Source: a virus (Duplodnaviria > Caudoviricetes). From it: DNA of 64,000 nt. The stretch spans positions 3,013 to 67,012 of IMG/VR virus record IMGVR_UViG_2884622180_000001; one strand, 5' to 3'. Positions 1 to 11,681 of the stretch are shown in pieces (the first letter of the stretch is position 1; every line of letters starts with the position of its first letter). Both the position numbers and the translations under genes were made by a program. The notes beneath the pieces are model-generated. The model searched no databases. It worked only from the letters and a program-made list of their open reading frames with translations, and had not been told where the DNA came from.

Positions 1-1
1 T

Positions 2-130
2 AAGAAATACCCTCCGGGAGTCGTCGCCGAACACTCCGGCAACAGCATCATCACCATCTATAAATTCTATTGGAAGAACCAAAGCGAGAGCGATATCATC
101 TCCGAACTGTGCGAGGAATTCTCCGATTAA
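2..130 (+). CDS. 3' end of a gene truncated by the window edge (hypothetical)
   Basis: Open frame from base 2 (KKYPPGVVAEHSG...ELCEEFSD) ending at TAA 128-130; function not recognised. Confidence 0.4.
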   Translation, partial: KKYPPGVVAEHSGNSIITIYKFYWKNQSESDIISELCEEFSD

Positions 131-142
131 ACATTTTTTGCG

Positions 143-150
143 TATCTTTG
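143..150 (+). promoter_or_regulatory. Bacteroidetes sigmaA -7 box (TATCTTTG) upstream of the Hc1 gene
   Basis: Exact TAnnTTTG match about 40 nt upstream of ATG 192. Confidence 0.65.
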
Positions 151-191
151 AACCATTCTTTGAAAATAATAACTCTCATAAAGTAACGAAC

Positions 192-272
192 ATGGAAGAA
201 TTACTGAAAAACATCGACGAGCAGATCGCCGCATTCCAGACTGACTCGAAACTTCAGCAGGAGAAGGGCAAC
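192..272 (+). pseudogene. Histone H1-like (Hc1 family) protein, 5' half, interrupted by the RIT element
   Basis: MEELLKNIDEQIAAFQTDSKLQQEKGN joins in frame to 3762-3854, giving a 57-aa Bacteroidetes Hc1-like protein with the EKGNKAAGTRARKASL motif. Confidence 0.85.
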
Positions 273-358
273 AATTAGGTAAACACTATTATAATGTAAA
301 GAAGCGGTTGGAATATATTATGTTCCAGCCGCTTCCTAATTATTTTCTTTACATAATT
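269..358 (+). repeat. RIT left terminal inverted repeat (90 bp) with internal hairpin 301-335
   Basis: Exact reverse complement of 3648-3737 on manual alignment. Confidence 0.9.
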
Positions 359-393
359 ATTTGTAGCTTTAGTAAATTCTAAATCTACAAGTT

Positions 394-1644
394 ATGTGTA
401 AAACGAATAAATCCATCTCGGAAATTATCGATGCATATCGATGTGAATTGATTGACAGAGGTTATAGTCAGGGAACTTTTTATGATTATTCGAAAATCTG
501 TCGTATCATACAAAAATGGTGGGATAAAAAAGGTCTTAAAGAATTTAACGAAGAAAATGCCTTCCAATTTTGTGACGAATTTATAGGGACACGTTATCTG
601 GCCCCATCTTTAACATCAGAACAGAGGCGTAAACTGCGGGTTATTCGAATGCTTCTGTCGATATATAGAGATGAAGATTTCGAAAATTATACACCCTCTC
701 ACCAAAAAATTTTTAAGACAAAACTTGGTGATGTCTTTTATCCGTATATCGACTGGTGCATATCGACACTCAAATTCACACCGTCCACAGTGGAAACCCA
801 CAAACGGGTTGCAACTAAATTCGATTCTTTTTTATGGGCACGAGGAGTTAATTTGGCGGAAGTCTCATCATCGCTTTTTGAAGATTTTATTACGTCCGAA
901 TCAAAATCCAACCGAGTAAGGTACAAAGGCGTTCTTCGCAACATTTACCGATACCTGTATGAAACAGGTATTACGAAAGGGGATTTATCAATATTCATAC
1001 TCAAAGAGCCTTATATTCGTGCTGCATCAAAGCTGCCTACAACATATACCGAAGAAGAAATTAAAAATCTAATCTCATCCGTTGACAGAAGTACACCGTT
1101 GGGGAAACGGAATTATCTTATTTTACTATTGGCTTCAGAATATGGTATGAGAGCATCGGATATCCGGAGTTTGAGTTTGAAACACATCGATTGGGAATCG
1201 AACACGATATTGTTTAACCAACAAAAAACAGATATTCCGGTTTCTTATCCTCTTATTCCGTCTATCGGTAATGCCATTATTGAATATTTGAAATACGGAC
1301 GGCCTCCGGGTGGAGATGATGTGATTATTGTACGACATGACTCTAAACGTAAAGGGTTACGGCTTTCATCCGGCGGGATTTATTCCATAGTGGAAGGCGC
1401 TTTTAAGAATTCGAATATTTCGAATTGGCAGAAAAAGAAACATGGTCCTCATTCTCTTCGGCATAGCTTTGCTTCAAATCTGTTAAAGCATGGAGCTGGA
1501 TACTATATAATCAGTATGACCATGGGGCACAGTTATGCTGAAACAACCAAAACATATTTGCAAATCGACTTTGACCAATTAAGAAAATGCAGTTTACAGA
1601 TTCCAGTTGTACGCAGTATCTATTATAACCATATGGCATATTAA
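394..1644 (+). CDS. ritA: Tyrosine recombinase RitA
   Basis: YGMRASDI (catalytic R), HSLRHSFA, TMGH...TKTY motifs; first of the trio. Confidence 0.85.
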   Translation: MCKTNKSISEIIDAYRCELIDRGYSQGTFYDYSKICRIIQKWWDKKGLKEFNEENAFQFCDEFIGTRYLAPSLTSEQRRKLRVIRMLLSIYRDEDFENYTPSHQKIFKTKLGDVFYPYIDWCISTLKFTPSTVETHKRVATKFDSFLWARGVNLAEVSSSLFEDFITSESKSNRVRYKGVLRNIYRYLYETGITKGDLSIFILKEPYIRAASKLPTTYTEEEIKNLISSVDRSTPLGKRNYLILLLASEYGMRASDIRSLSLKHIDWESNTILFNQQKTDIPVSYPLIPSIGNAIIEYLKYGRPPGGDDVIIVRHDSKRKGLRLSSGGIYSIVEGAFKNSNISNWQKKKHGPHSLRHSFASNLLKHGAGYYIISMTMGHSYAETTKTYLQIDFDQLRKCSLQIPVVRSIYYNHMAY

Positions 1645-1660
1645 GGAAAGGAGGTGGCAT

Positions 1661-2620
1661 ATGGGTAGACCTAATTATTATTCAGCCTTTGCAGAACATA
1701 TTTCCAAGTTCTTAGATTATAGAGAGAATAGCGGGATAAAATATATGTATCCGGATTATGTGCATCTCAAGAACCTCGATAACTTCTTTATCCAAGAAGG
1801 AATTACGAACATCTCTTTTTCCAGAGATCAAGCCGTCAAATGGAAACAACAACTTGAGAATGAATCAAAAAGCACACAATATGACAGAATTAATATAACA
1901 AAACGATTTTTTGAATATCTGTTCATACAAGGATTTCCGGTATTCCAATTTAAAGACATCAAACACCCTAAATCAAAATTCACTCCTCATATTTATACGG
2001 ACGAAGAAATTGAAAAATATTTCGTTGCATTGGATCGATATGAACCGATAAAAAATAGAAAGCATAAGATCCAATTACCTGTATTATTCAGAATTATGTT
2101 ATGCTGTGGAACACGTATGACCGAAACGATAAAGATTCAGAAAAAGGATGTCGATTTAGATGCAGGTATCATAAAATTATCCGAGACTAAAAACTCAAAA
2201 CAGCGTTATGTGGTTATGTCCGACAGTTTAATAGAACTTATGAGAGCATTTGCCGACAAAACGTTCTACGCTTTATTGGATGATGACTATATATTCTCCT
2301 CTTTATACGGCAAGAATATTTCTGCTTCAACAGTTGCGGCAATACATCACGATATTCTTCGGCATGCAGGCATACCGAATAGAGGTAGTGGACGATACGG
2401 AAAACGAGTGCATGATTGGCGCCACACTTTTGCCGTAAAGTCTTTTAAACAACTTATTGATTCAGGGATGGATATGTATGCTGCTTTGCCAATTATGTCT
2501 GTTTACCTGGGACATGACAGCATCTATGCTACGGAAGGTTATCTGAGATTGACTATCAGCATGTATCCATATCTCAAGGAAAAATTCGAAAAAAATCTTG
2601 ATGAAATATTTGAAAAATAG
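1661..2620 (+). CDS. ritB: Tyrosine recombinase RitB
   Basis: GTRMTE, HDWRHTFA, YLGH...TEGY motifs; start taken at ATG 1661 after AGGAGG. Confidence 0.85.
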   Translation: MGRPNYYSAFAEHISKFLDYRENSGIKYMYPDYVHLKNLDNFFIQEGITNISFSRDQAVKWKQQLENESKSTQYDRINITKRFFEYLFIQGFPVFQFKDIKHPKSKFTPHIYTDEEIEKYFVALDRYEPIKNRKHKIQLPVLFRIMLCCGTRMTETIKIQKKDVDLDAGIIKLSETKNSKQRYVVMSDSLIELMRAFADKTFYALLDDDYIFSSLYGKNISASTVAAIHHDILRHAGIPNRGSGRYGKRVHDWRHTFAVKSFKQLIDSGMDMYAALPIMSVYLGHDSIYATEGYLRLTISMYPYLKEKFEKNLDEIFEK

Positions 2621-2625
2621 CTAAT

Positions 2626-3657
2626 ATGAAACGAACTGATTTTGCCGGTGCGCTTTACCGTTATTTCCGTGATTATTTAGTTAATGATCGAGGTTGTTCT
2701 GCACGTACAATAGAAACATATCGCTATGCTTTTATACAATTTATTGACTACATGGAAAATCACCTTAATATACGACCGGAGAAAATAGAACTAACGCATA
2801 TCAATGTTCAAAATCTGCAATCATTTCTCTTGTGGCTGGAGCGCGAAAAGAAAGTATCAACGTCTACACGTAACCAGCGGCTCGCTGCTTTTAAGAGTTT
2901 CTCTTCTTTTTTGAAGTACGATCTTCCTGAATGCCTTGATAATGTAATACAAATTCAGAATATTAAAATGAAAAAATCTTTTGTTAAAGACGTATCTTAT
3001 CTTAAACCGGAGGGGATTAAACTGTTACTATCTCAGATAGATAGGTCTTCGTACAAAGGGAAAAGAGATTATGCAATGTTCTCATTGTTGTATGCAACAG
3101 GCATCAGAGTTAGTGAATTAATCAAAATAAGGGGACGGGATATTTCAATGAGTTCTCCAAAGCATATAACTATACATGGAAAGGGAAATAAAATAAGGCA
3201 TGTGCCAATCGTACAGCACTTGGCATCTATTCTTGAAAAATACTTGGAAGAAAGCCGATCCATGCTCCCGCAAAATCTGGATAAACCAATTTTTGTAAAT
3301 CATTCGGATGAAATGTTTACAAGACAAGGGATCAATCATTTACTAACAAAATATGCGAATAAAGCGAGGACGGTGAATTCATCTCTCATCCCAAAGGATT
3401 GCAGCCCTCATAAGATCAGACATTCTACTGCAATGGCTATGGTTGAGAATGGAACGGATCTAATCGTTATACGGGATTTTTTAGGTCACTCCAGTATTCA
3501 AACAACTGAAATATATGCAAGATTATCCGCTTCTCGTCGAATAAAAGCTATTGAAGCGGCCAGTAAAGAAATTGTTCCACCAGAAGATGCTATTTGGGTA
3601 AACAACACATCTATTAAAGAGTGGTTGAAATCCATGACAAATCCTAAAATTATGTAA
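2626..3657 (+). CDS. ritC: Tyrosine recombinase RitC (XerD-like)
   Basis: TGIRVSEL, HGKGNK, HKIRHSTA, LGHSSIQTTEIY motifs. Confidence 0.9.
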   Translation: MKRTDFAGALYRYFRDYLVNDRGCSARTIETYRYAFIQFIDYMENHLNIRPEKIELTHINVQNLQSFLLWLEREKKVSTSTRNQRLAAFKSFSSFLKYDLPECLDNVIQIQNIKMKKSFVKDVSYLKPEGIKLLLSQIDRSSYKGKRDYAMFSLLYATGIRVSELIKIRGRDISMSSPKHITIHGKGNKIRHVPIVQHLASILEKYLEESRSMLPQNLDKPIFVNHSDEMFTRQGINHLLTKYANKARTVNSSLIPKDCSPHKIRHSTAMAMVENGTDLIVIRDFLGHSSIQTTEIYARLSASRRIKAIEAASKEIVPPEDAIWVNNTSIKEWLKSMTNPKIM

Positions 3658-3737
3658 AGAAAATAATTAGGAAGCGGCTGGAACATAATATATTCCAACC
3701 GCTTCTTTACATTATAATAGTGTTTACCTAATTGTTG
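3648..3737 (-). repeat. RIT right terminal inverted repeat (90 bp)
   Basis: Reverse complement of 269-358; overlaps the ritC stop codon. Confidence 0.9.
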
Positions 3738-3761
3738 TTATGTCAATATTTACATAACAAC
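3734..3761. repeat. Palindrome with 10-bp arms and an 8-bp spacer; putative tyrosine recombinase crossover site
   Basis: GTTGTTATGT-caatattt-ACATAACAAC at the right junction. Confidence 0.6.
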
Positions 3762-3854
3762 AAGGCAGCAGGTACGCGCGCACGGAAAGCCTCGCTTGCA
3801 TTGGAGAAACTGCTCAAAGAGTTCCGCAAAGTATCTCTGGAGGCCGGAAAATAA
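3762..3854 (+). pseudogene. Hc1-like protein, 3' half
   Basis: KAAGTRARKASLALEKLLKEFRKVSLEAGK*; in frame with 192-272 once the insertion is removed. Confidence 0.85.
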
Positions 3855-3871
3855 GCCGATCGACAGCAATC

Positions 3872-3904
3872 AAAAAGGCGTGAACCGATTCACGCCTTTT
3901 TTTT
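3872..3904. terminator. Bidirectional intrinsic terminator
   Basis: AAAAAGGCGTGAA-ccga-TTCACGCCTTTTTTTT between convergent genes. Confidence 0.8.
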
Positions 3905-3908
3905 GTGC

Positions 3909-4550
3909 CTATGCCGGAGTTTCTTCCGAATAGGGCCTCCGCTTACACGATTCATCGTACTGCGCAACGGTCAATGTGAAATCGGTCATATCCACATCCT
4001 GTATCTTGCGCCACCAGTGGCGGAACGACAGTCCGGTGTCCGAAGACGGACGTTTGGTCTTGCACATCCTGACGACGGCCTCCGGTAGAATGTTGGTGAG
4101 CCGGGCCGCTGTTTCCGTAGTCGGACAGATGGCCGCCAGAGCTCCGTCGGCATCGAAGACCAGCACTTTCATTACCTTCGGGCCGCGCTTGCGTCTGCGC
4201 CAGTTGGGATCGGTCGTTTTTCCCGGCTTGGCCGACGGTTTCCGGCCTCTGCGTTTGGGTTCGGGTGCCGGAAGTAGTCTTCGGGCCATCGATTCCAGCA
4301 TCGGTTTCGGACGCAGTCCGGACAACCAATAGATCTCTTCGCCGGAAGCCCGGAACGCTACGCTCTGCCGGTTTTCCAACATTTCAGGCAGAAAATGAAA
4401 CCAGCGCCTTACGTCATTCTTCCTGTCGATAACGATCTCCACGACCAGCTCGTCTCCGGTCTGGAGCTTATCGAGCCGGATGCGGTGCGGCTGCGGCTCT
4501 CCACTGCTGCGGCGCTTGCGTAAGATTACCTGTTCTCCGACTACGGCCAT
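3909..4550 (-). CDS. Phage hypothetical protein, possible C-terminal NUMOD1/HTH-like DNA-binding module
   Basis: 213-aa ORF; KVLVFDADG...TTETAARLTNI...VVRMCK resembles NUMOD1; basic linker. Confidence 0.5.
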   Translation of the reverse strand: MAVVGEQVILRKRRSSGEPQPHRIRLDKLQTGDELVVEIVIDRKNDVRRWFHFLPEMLENRQSVAFRASGEEIYWLSGLRPKPMLESMARRLLPAPEPKRRGRKPSAKPGKTTDPNWRRRKRGPKVMKVLVFDADGALAAICPTTETAARLTNILPEAVVRMCKTKRPSSDTGLSFRHWWRKIQDVDMTDFTLTVAQYDESCKRRPYSEETPA

Positions 4551-4552
4551 GG

Positions 4553-4852
4553 CTATTGCTCTTTAAGAGACGCCGCGAACTCCTTCGAGGGTTTATAGGC
4601 AGGCGCTTCGTGCTCGGGAATTTCGATCATCGTATTCTTACTGATATTGCGGGCTTTCTTTGCCGCTTTCCTCTTGCGGAAGAACGTCCCGAATCCGCGT
4701 AACTGGATGGCCATACCTGCCAGAAGCGACTCCTTGATGAGTTTCAGGAACTCCTCGATAATGATTTTGATTTCCGCTTTGCCGATACCGGTACGGTTGG
4801 CGATTTCGTTCACCATGTCGGCCTTGGTCATGTTCGGTTGTCTCTGTTTCAT
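4553..4852 (-). CDS. HU/IHF-family DNA-binding protein
   Basis: MTKADMVNEIA...IQLRGFGTF...KARNI...IEIP...PAYKPSKEF signature. Confidence 0.9.
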   Translation of the reverse strand: MKQRQPNMTKADMVNEIANRTGIGKAEIKIIIEEFLKLIKESLLAGMAIQLRGFGTFFRKRKAAKKARNISKNTMIEIPEHEAPAYKPSKEFAASLKEQ

Positions 4853-5075
4853 GCGTATACGATATTTGATAACTGACGTAAAAATACAAATTAATTGGGC
4901 TCTTAATGATTTAAGAATAAAATTAACTTGATCGCAATTAAGACGGTATAATAGCAAACATTCCTATGTCAAACGGTTGCGAACAGATTTAATTGTGCTG
5001 TTACATACAATTTGCAAGTATGTTTCATGTAAATATAAATTCGGAGCATGGGGTTTTCGTTTCGGTTTTAGCCCG

Positions 5076-6095
5076 TCATGTCAGCCACGGATTCTTCCAC
5101 GGATCGTAATCGGCCTGAAACGTGGCCAACTGCCAGTCCATGACCTCTTGCTTGTCCTCGGCGATCTTGCGCGGTATCTGCGGGTTGATCCGCAGCTTCG
5201 AGGCATCGTAAAGCCACTTCATCGAATCCTCGTGATCCTTGACCCGCGTGACGCTGACGTTGTTCGGAGCGATGAGTTTCGTCAGCTCGTAGATCGCCAG
5301 CCGCACCATGTGCTTTTTGAGGTTGTAGTTGCGCGGATCGTGCACGACAAGATTCACGCCCATCTGCGGTTCGTCCGAATTGACGTCGATCTCGGGATAC
5401 CACACCCTCCCGTCATAGACCACATATTCGTGGTCGGAAAGCTCGTAGCTGTTATACTGCAGGTCATAGTCGGCGATCTCGCCCCAATTCGGGGAGTCGG
5501 CCGGCGTAAGGTTCGTATCGAACCCTTCGACCGAAGTGACGGCATAGAATGCCCCGTTATGCTCCGCGACCTCCCACAGGCCATATTCTCTCGGCACCCA
5601 CGGCTTCGGCACGACCTCCAGCCAGCCCGTCGCCATCGGCAGGCAGATATTGCCGAAGTCGTAGCCGTTCTCGGCCAGACACCGGTAACAAAGCCCGTTA
5701 TAAGCGACCAGATCGCCCGGACGGTAGGTCTTGAACTGGGAGTACGTCGGCGTGTTCTCCACCAGTACGTTCGGATCGGCGGACTCCTCCCAATAGGCGA
5801 CCGGCGCCGGAGCCTTGTACCCGCTGATGGCGCGCGTCACGGCGCAGATCCGTCCTTCATAGTAAATATGCGCTCCGACCGGGAAAGAGATGCGGCGGTC
5901 ATACTCGGCGATGTACTTGCCTTTCCAGAGTTCTTTCTCCACCTCGTAGTTCTCGCTCAGATACTCGACGATGCTCATCTCGGCCGACTCCTCGGCTTGC
6001 ACCATACGTTCGGGGTTGCCGCGCGTGATCTGCGCGAGCGCTTCGGGCGTGATGACGCTCAGATAGTCTTCGTCGTTCAGGAATCTTCGATACAT
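5076..6095 (-). CDS. DUF1320 / Mu gp36-like head-tail connector with an inserted aromatic repeat region
   Basis: N-term MYRRFLNDEDY...AEESAEMSIVEYL and C-term RNYNLKKHMVRLAIYEL...DSMKWL resemble DUF1320; directly downstream of TerL. Confidence 0.6.
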   Translation of the reverse strand: MYRRFLNDEDYLSVITPEALAQITRGNPERMVQAEESAEMSIVEYLSENYEVEKELWKGKYIAEYDRRISFPVGAHIYYEGRICAVTRAISGYKAPAPVAYWEESADPNVLVENTPTYSQFKTYRPGDLVAYNGLCYRCLAENGYDFGNICLPMATGWLEVVPKPWVPREYGLWEVAEHNGAFYAVTSVEGFDTNLTPADSPNWGEIADYDLQYNSYELSDHEYVVYDGRVWYPEIDVNSDEPQMGVNLVVHDPRNYNLKKHMVRLAIYELTKLIAPNNVSVTRVKDHEDSMKWLYDASKLRINPQIPRKIAEDKQEVMDWQLATFQADYDPWKNPWLT

Positions 6096-6130
6096 GGTTG
6101 TCGTGTAAAAATTTCCATTATACGTTACGC

Positions 6131-7981
<1,851 letters not shown>

Positions 7982-8049
7982 CGCTGTACGGATTTAGGTA
8001 ATACAGACACAGGCCCGCCATCAAGCCCTTCGACGCATAAACATCCATA

Positions 8050-8484
8050 TCATAGAATTTCGATGGTTATATCGCGCCCGTCGCCGATTCTGGCGAGCAG
8101 TTCTCTCAATGTAGCCTGCGACTCCTGCACTTTGCCTTTGACCTTGTTGCGGCCTACGACAATGCAGCCGGCCGAGTCGTCGGCCGTATTGCCGGCATGG
8201 ATGAGAATGCCCAGAAAGTGCGGCACGTCGTGCAGGTACGGGAGCAGCCGCTTAAAGCGCGGGCTGTGCTCCATCGTAACCTTGTATGTTCCGGCTGGAA
8301 TGGCTGTGCGGGCATAGACTTTTTCGCGGCAGCGGCAGGAATTGCCTCGCGGCGTGTCGGGACAGGCAGGCGGTAGGCTGCGCACCGCATCTTCGAGCGT
8401 ATCGCAGAAATACGCTCCATCGATGGAGAGCTGCCCTATGGTGTAGTCCGGGCCTTTGAAGATTCGGGTAAGAGTGAGTTTCAT
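8050..8484 (-). CDS. DUF5675 family protein, putative endolysin/peptidoglycan-acting enzyme
   Basis: MKLTLTR...YTIGQLSIDG.YFCDTLED, IPAGTY, GILIHAGNT..DSAGCIVVG pattern. Confidence 0.8.
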   Translation of the reverse strand: MKLTLTRIFKGPDYTIGQLSIDGAYFCDTLEDAVRSLPPACPDTPRGNSCRCREKVYARTAIPAGTYKVTMEHSPRFKRLLPYLHDVPHFLGILIHAGNTADDSAGCIVVGRNKVKGKVQESQATLRELLARIGDGRDITIEIL

Positions 8485-8508
8485 CTCTGACGTTCGTTGA
8501 TTACGTCA

Positions 8509-8517
8509 AAGAATAGG
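8509..8517 (-). promoter_or_regulatory. Candidate phage promoter motif CCTATTCTT
   Basis: About 25 nt upstream of the 8484 start; same motif precedes other structural operons. Confidence 0.5.
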
Positions 8518-8583
8518 GTCAAAGGCACGGAAGAGATTGCAGAATTTCAGGTAACGAAACGAAAGATATTCGGTTCCGATAAC

Positions 8584-8614
8584 AAAAAGCCGGAACGTTG
8601 CGAGCGTTCCGGCT
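8584..8614 (-). terminator. Intrinsic terminator
   Basis: AGCCGGAACG/CGTTCCGGCT stem followed by TTTTT on the minus strand. Confidence 0.65.
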
Positions 8615-8946
8615 ACGGGGCCATAAAGTAACTACTTCAACGGTAGTCGTATCACGTAATTATGCTATTCTTATTGTAATTCTTACTTGAGTTTGTATTT
8701 ATGACTCCATATCACGCTTTTAATGAGTATGAAATATTACATCTGAGTGCGTTATTGTTCAAAATGCCATATTTAATCAGTATCTGATATGAATTAAAAT
8801 TCTTAGGTCAATTTTATGATGATGCGTAATAAAATCGGGCTCTCTGATTTGGAGAATTCAAGATATTTCGGAATTAAAATCCGTAAAATACAAATATTTT
8901 TATGTTCAATATATCTCCAATATATTTTTAAATATCGTTTTTTGTA

Positions 8947-8954
8947 TATATTTG
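8947..8954 (+). promoter_or_regulatory. sigmaA -7 box TATATTTG for the peptidase-lipoprotein operon
   Basis: TAnnTTTG about 70 nt upstream of ATG 9023. Confidence 0.55.
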
Positions 8955-9022
8955 CTCTTAGGAGATTACCATAATAACTGGGTGACCATTGAAAATATAT
9001 TATTAACCTAAATTTAAGCTTT

Positions 9023-10645
9023 ATGAAACGAATCTTACTTTTTGTGTGTTGCGGGCTTCTGCTTAGCTGCCAGAAAGAGTTTGTTAGTTTGCCGTCTGAG
9101 TTGCCCCCGACCTCATCTCAAATTATTACCGATGGAATGACTGTACTGGGGCAGCAACTTGAAAATCCCTATTCAGTGGAGAATATGCGCAAAGCTCTGG
9201 AAAACCTCTCACCGAAAACCAGAGCCGGAATTACGGACATGGATATTCAGCCTACGCATTATTACGTGAAATTCCATCCTCGCTCAGCTGAAGAGTTGGA
9301 TATACTCGCGCAGGATTCTACAATTATCTGGTATGAAATTCCGCTGGATTATGAGATTGAGGAATATGGTGGCTATTATCATGATCCTACAATTCCGGAT
9401 AGCTTGCCCACTTATCAATACGCCTCCATCGAAGTTGCAAAATGGCCAGCCGTAAGTAACATAGGCGTTGAGTATGAAATTCTTTCCGACTTGTTTATTC
9501 CCGATGAAGACAAGGATGAAGAAGACGATGACGGAATTATGACCCGTTCCGGTACAAAATGGAATGAAGCGTTGACCGATGCGCTGGTCGAAGAATCCCT
9601 GCGCATGACCGGCAATGAAGAAGACGGAGAGTCAGAGCAGCAAACACGTGGGCGCAGTAAATGGAGACCGGCGGGCCGAATTACAGCCTATGATAATATT
9701 GTAGGCGGTGCAATTCCGCTTAATTATGTCAGAGTTCGTGCACGCCGTTGGTTTACAACACATATTGGCTATACAAATGCCAATGGATATTATTCCTGCA
9801 ACGGTCGCTTTAAGCGTCCGGCAAATTACAGCATCGCTTGGGAAACATCTCGCTGGGATATAAGAGATGGAAATATCGTGCAAGCCTATTATAACGGCCC
9901 GAAAAAGACAGGGAATTGGGATTTGTATATTTCTGCCAATAAGTCGATTCGTTATGCAACCATACATCGGGCTTTATATCGTTTTTACTATGGCAATACG
10001 AATGGACTGAAAAGGCCGACTAATACCCGAAAGGAAAAAATTGCCTACCTTCATAAGAAAGGAAACGGCATAAACGGAGACTATAATAGACAATGGGGCA
10101 TGGGGGTATGGTCGGATATCCGCATATATGGCCAAGGTAACAACGGCTGGCGAGAAATGTCCGAAGTATTCAGCACAGCATGCCATGAGTTGGGCCATGC
10201 TGCTCATTATACCAATAACAGGAATACTTATGGGAAATGCAAAACGAACCTGATCGAAAGTTGGGCACGGTGTGTCCAATATATTCTAACTAATCAAGAA
10301 TATAAAGAATTAGGGGTATTCAATAAATTGCCGAAAGATCTTGATTTTAATGTATATAATATTCAAGCATGGTATAAAGGTTATTCAAATTATACTCCTT
10401 TGTTCATTGATTTGATCGATGATTTCAATCAAAGAACACATCAAGGGAATAATCCCATCTATCCGGATGACGAAATTCATGACATGCCCGTATCAGTCGT
10501 TCAAGATATTGTTTTCCGATCGAAGACCTTCTCTGATGTCAAACGACTGCTGTTGGATTATGCGGCGAAGAATAAACATGCCGCGCAATTATATAACTTA
10601 ACCCCGGAAACAATCAACCGATTATTCACAGTCTATGAAAACTAA
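9023..10645 (+). CDS. Lipoprotein zinc metallopeptidase-like protein (HExxH...E)
   Basis: Lipobox LLLSC (Cys16); acidic N-terminal region; CHELGHAAH (HELGH at 10184-10198) followed by ESWA. Confidence 0.7.
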   Translation: MKRILLFVCCGLLLSCQKEFVSLPSELPPTSSQIITDGMTVLGQQLENPYSVENMRKALENLSPKTRAGITDMDIQPTHYYVKFHPRSAEELDILAQDSTIIWYEIPLDYEIEEYGGYYHDPTIPDSLPTYQYASIEVAKWPAVSNIGVEYEILSDLFIPDEDKDEEDDDGIMTRSGTKWNEALTDALVEESLRMTGNEEDGESEQQTRGRSKWRPAGRITAYDNIVGGAIPLNYVRVRARRWFTTHIGYTNANGYYSCNGRFKRPANYSIAWETSRWDIRDGNIVQAYYNGPKKTGNWDLYISANKSIRYATIHRALYRFYYGNTNGLKRPTNTRKEKIAYLHKKGNGINGDYNRQWGMGVWSDIRIYGQGNNGWREMSEVFSTACHELGHAAHYTNNRNTYGKCKTNLIESWARCVQYILTNQEYKELGVFNKLPKDLDFNVYNIQAWYKGYSNYTPLFIDLIDDFNQRTHQGNNPIYPDDEIHDMPVSVVQDIVFRSKTFSDVKRLLLDYAAKNKHAAQLYNLTPETINRLFTVYEN

Positions 10646-11081
10646 CAAACCGATTTTCACATTGCTACTGCTTGGCTTCTTCTCTATGCTTTTCAGTTGT
10701 GACAAAGAGTATGTATATAGTACGGAAATCCGCATTGAGAATGCCAGTCAGCACGATATCGAAATTATCATGCCTGAAATATGGCTCGACGGAAGCGTTT
10801 ACCCTGAAAAAATCATATTGCCGAGAGGTCAGATTTTTTCGCATATTATTATAGGTGAAGGAGGTTTTGTCGGAGTTCCCTATTTCCCCAGCATGCAGAT
10901 TCGATTCGATAATGATGTCTCCATAATGCACGTAGAGTCCGATGGAAATACTTATCACAATTTCTGTAATAAACAGGCATATGCCCGAAGTCAGCCGAAA
11001 AAACAATTCGAGGTGTTCACATTCGTATTTACGGATGAAGACTACGAATATGCCAAAAAGCATGCAGATAAAACGGAATAA
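10635..11081 (+). CDS. Small lipoprotein paralog 1
   Basis: Lipobox LFSC; ENASQHDIEI and FTFVFTDEDY motifs; ATG overlaps the peptidase stop. Confidence 0.8.
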   Translation: MKTNKPIFTLLLLGFFSMLFSCDKEYVYSTEIRIENASQHDIEIIMPEIWLDGSVYPEKIILPRGQIFSHIIIGEGGFVGVPYFPSMQIRFDNDVSIMHVESDGNTYHNFCNKQAYARSQPKKQFEVFTFVFTDEDYEYAKKHADKTE

Positions 11082-11232
11082 GTTGCTTTATATCGTTTAC
11101 AAAAATGATCCTATTTCATGCTTTTGGCATCCCGGAGACAATCAACCGATTATTCACAGTCTATGAAAACTAACAAACCGATTTTCACATTGCTGCTGCT
11201 TGGCTGCTTTTCTATGCTTTTCAGTTGTGACA
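11022..11232 (+). repeat. Direct repeat unit linking lipoprotein cassettes (other copies 10603-10704 and 11541-11684)
   Basis: Near-identical sequence covering gene end, spacer, last 13 peptidase codons and the next signal peptide. Confidence 0.85.
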
Positions 11233-11600
11233 TAGATTATCTATATGATACGGAAATCCGCATTGAGAATGCCAGCCAGCACGATATCGAAATAATAGTA
11301 GAGAAACCGAGTAGCGAATTTTTAACCGGCTCGATTACGGTAAAAAGCGGCACAACTTTCATAACAAAGCACAGTATCGATGGTGGAAATGGTTTGCCTA
11401 ATCCAGTTGATGCGCAGATTAACTTCGACGATGGAACCACAATAACTCACCACTGGGCGGATGGCGATACCTACCATAATTTCTGTTCCACAACGGCTTT
11501 CGAAAAAAAAATACTGGGAAAAAGGAGTGTGGAATATATCTTCGTATTTACGGACGAAGACTACGAATATGCCAAAAAGCATGCAGATAAAACGGAATAA
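11163..11600 (+). CDS. Small lipoprotein paralog 2
   Basis: Near-identical signal peptide and identical C-terminus to paralog 1; divergent middle. Confidence 0.8.
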   Translation: MKTNKPIFTLLLLGCFSMLFSCDIDYLYDTEIRIENASQHDIEIIVEKPSSEFLTGSITVKSGTTFITKHSIDGGNGLPNPVDAQINFDDGTTITHHWADGDTYHNFCSTTAFEKKILGKRSVEYIFVFTDEDYEYAKKHADKTE

Positions 11601-11681
11601 GTTGCTTTACATCGTTTACAAAAATGATCCTATTTCATGCTTTTGGCATCCCGGAGACAATCAACCGATTATTCACTGTCT

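Larger units (their letters stand above)
273..3761 (+). mobile_element. RIT (recombinase-in-trio) element
   Basis: Three adjacent tyrosine recombinase genes, 90-bp terminal inverted repeats, CAACAA direct repeat at both junctions (269-274, 3758-3763), AT-rich, interrupts the Hc1 gene. Confidence 0.9.
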
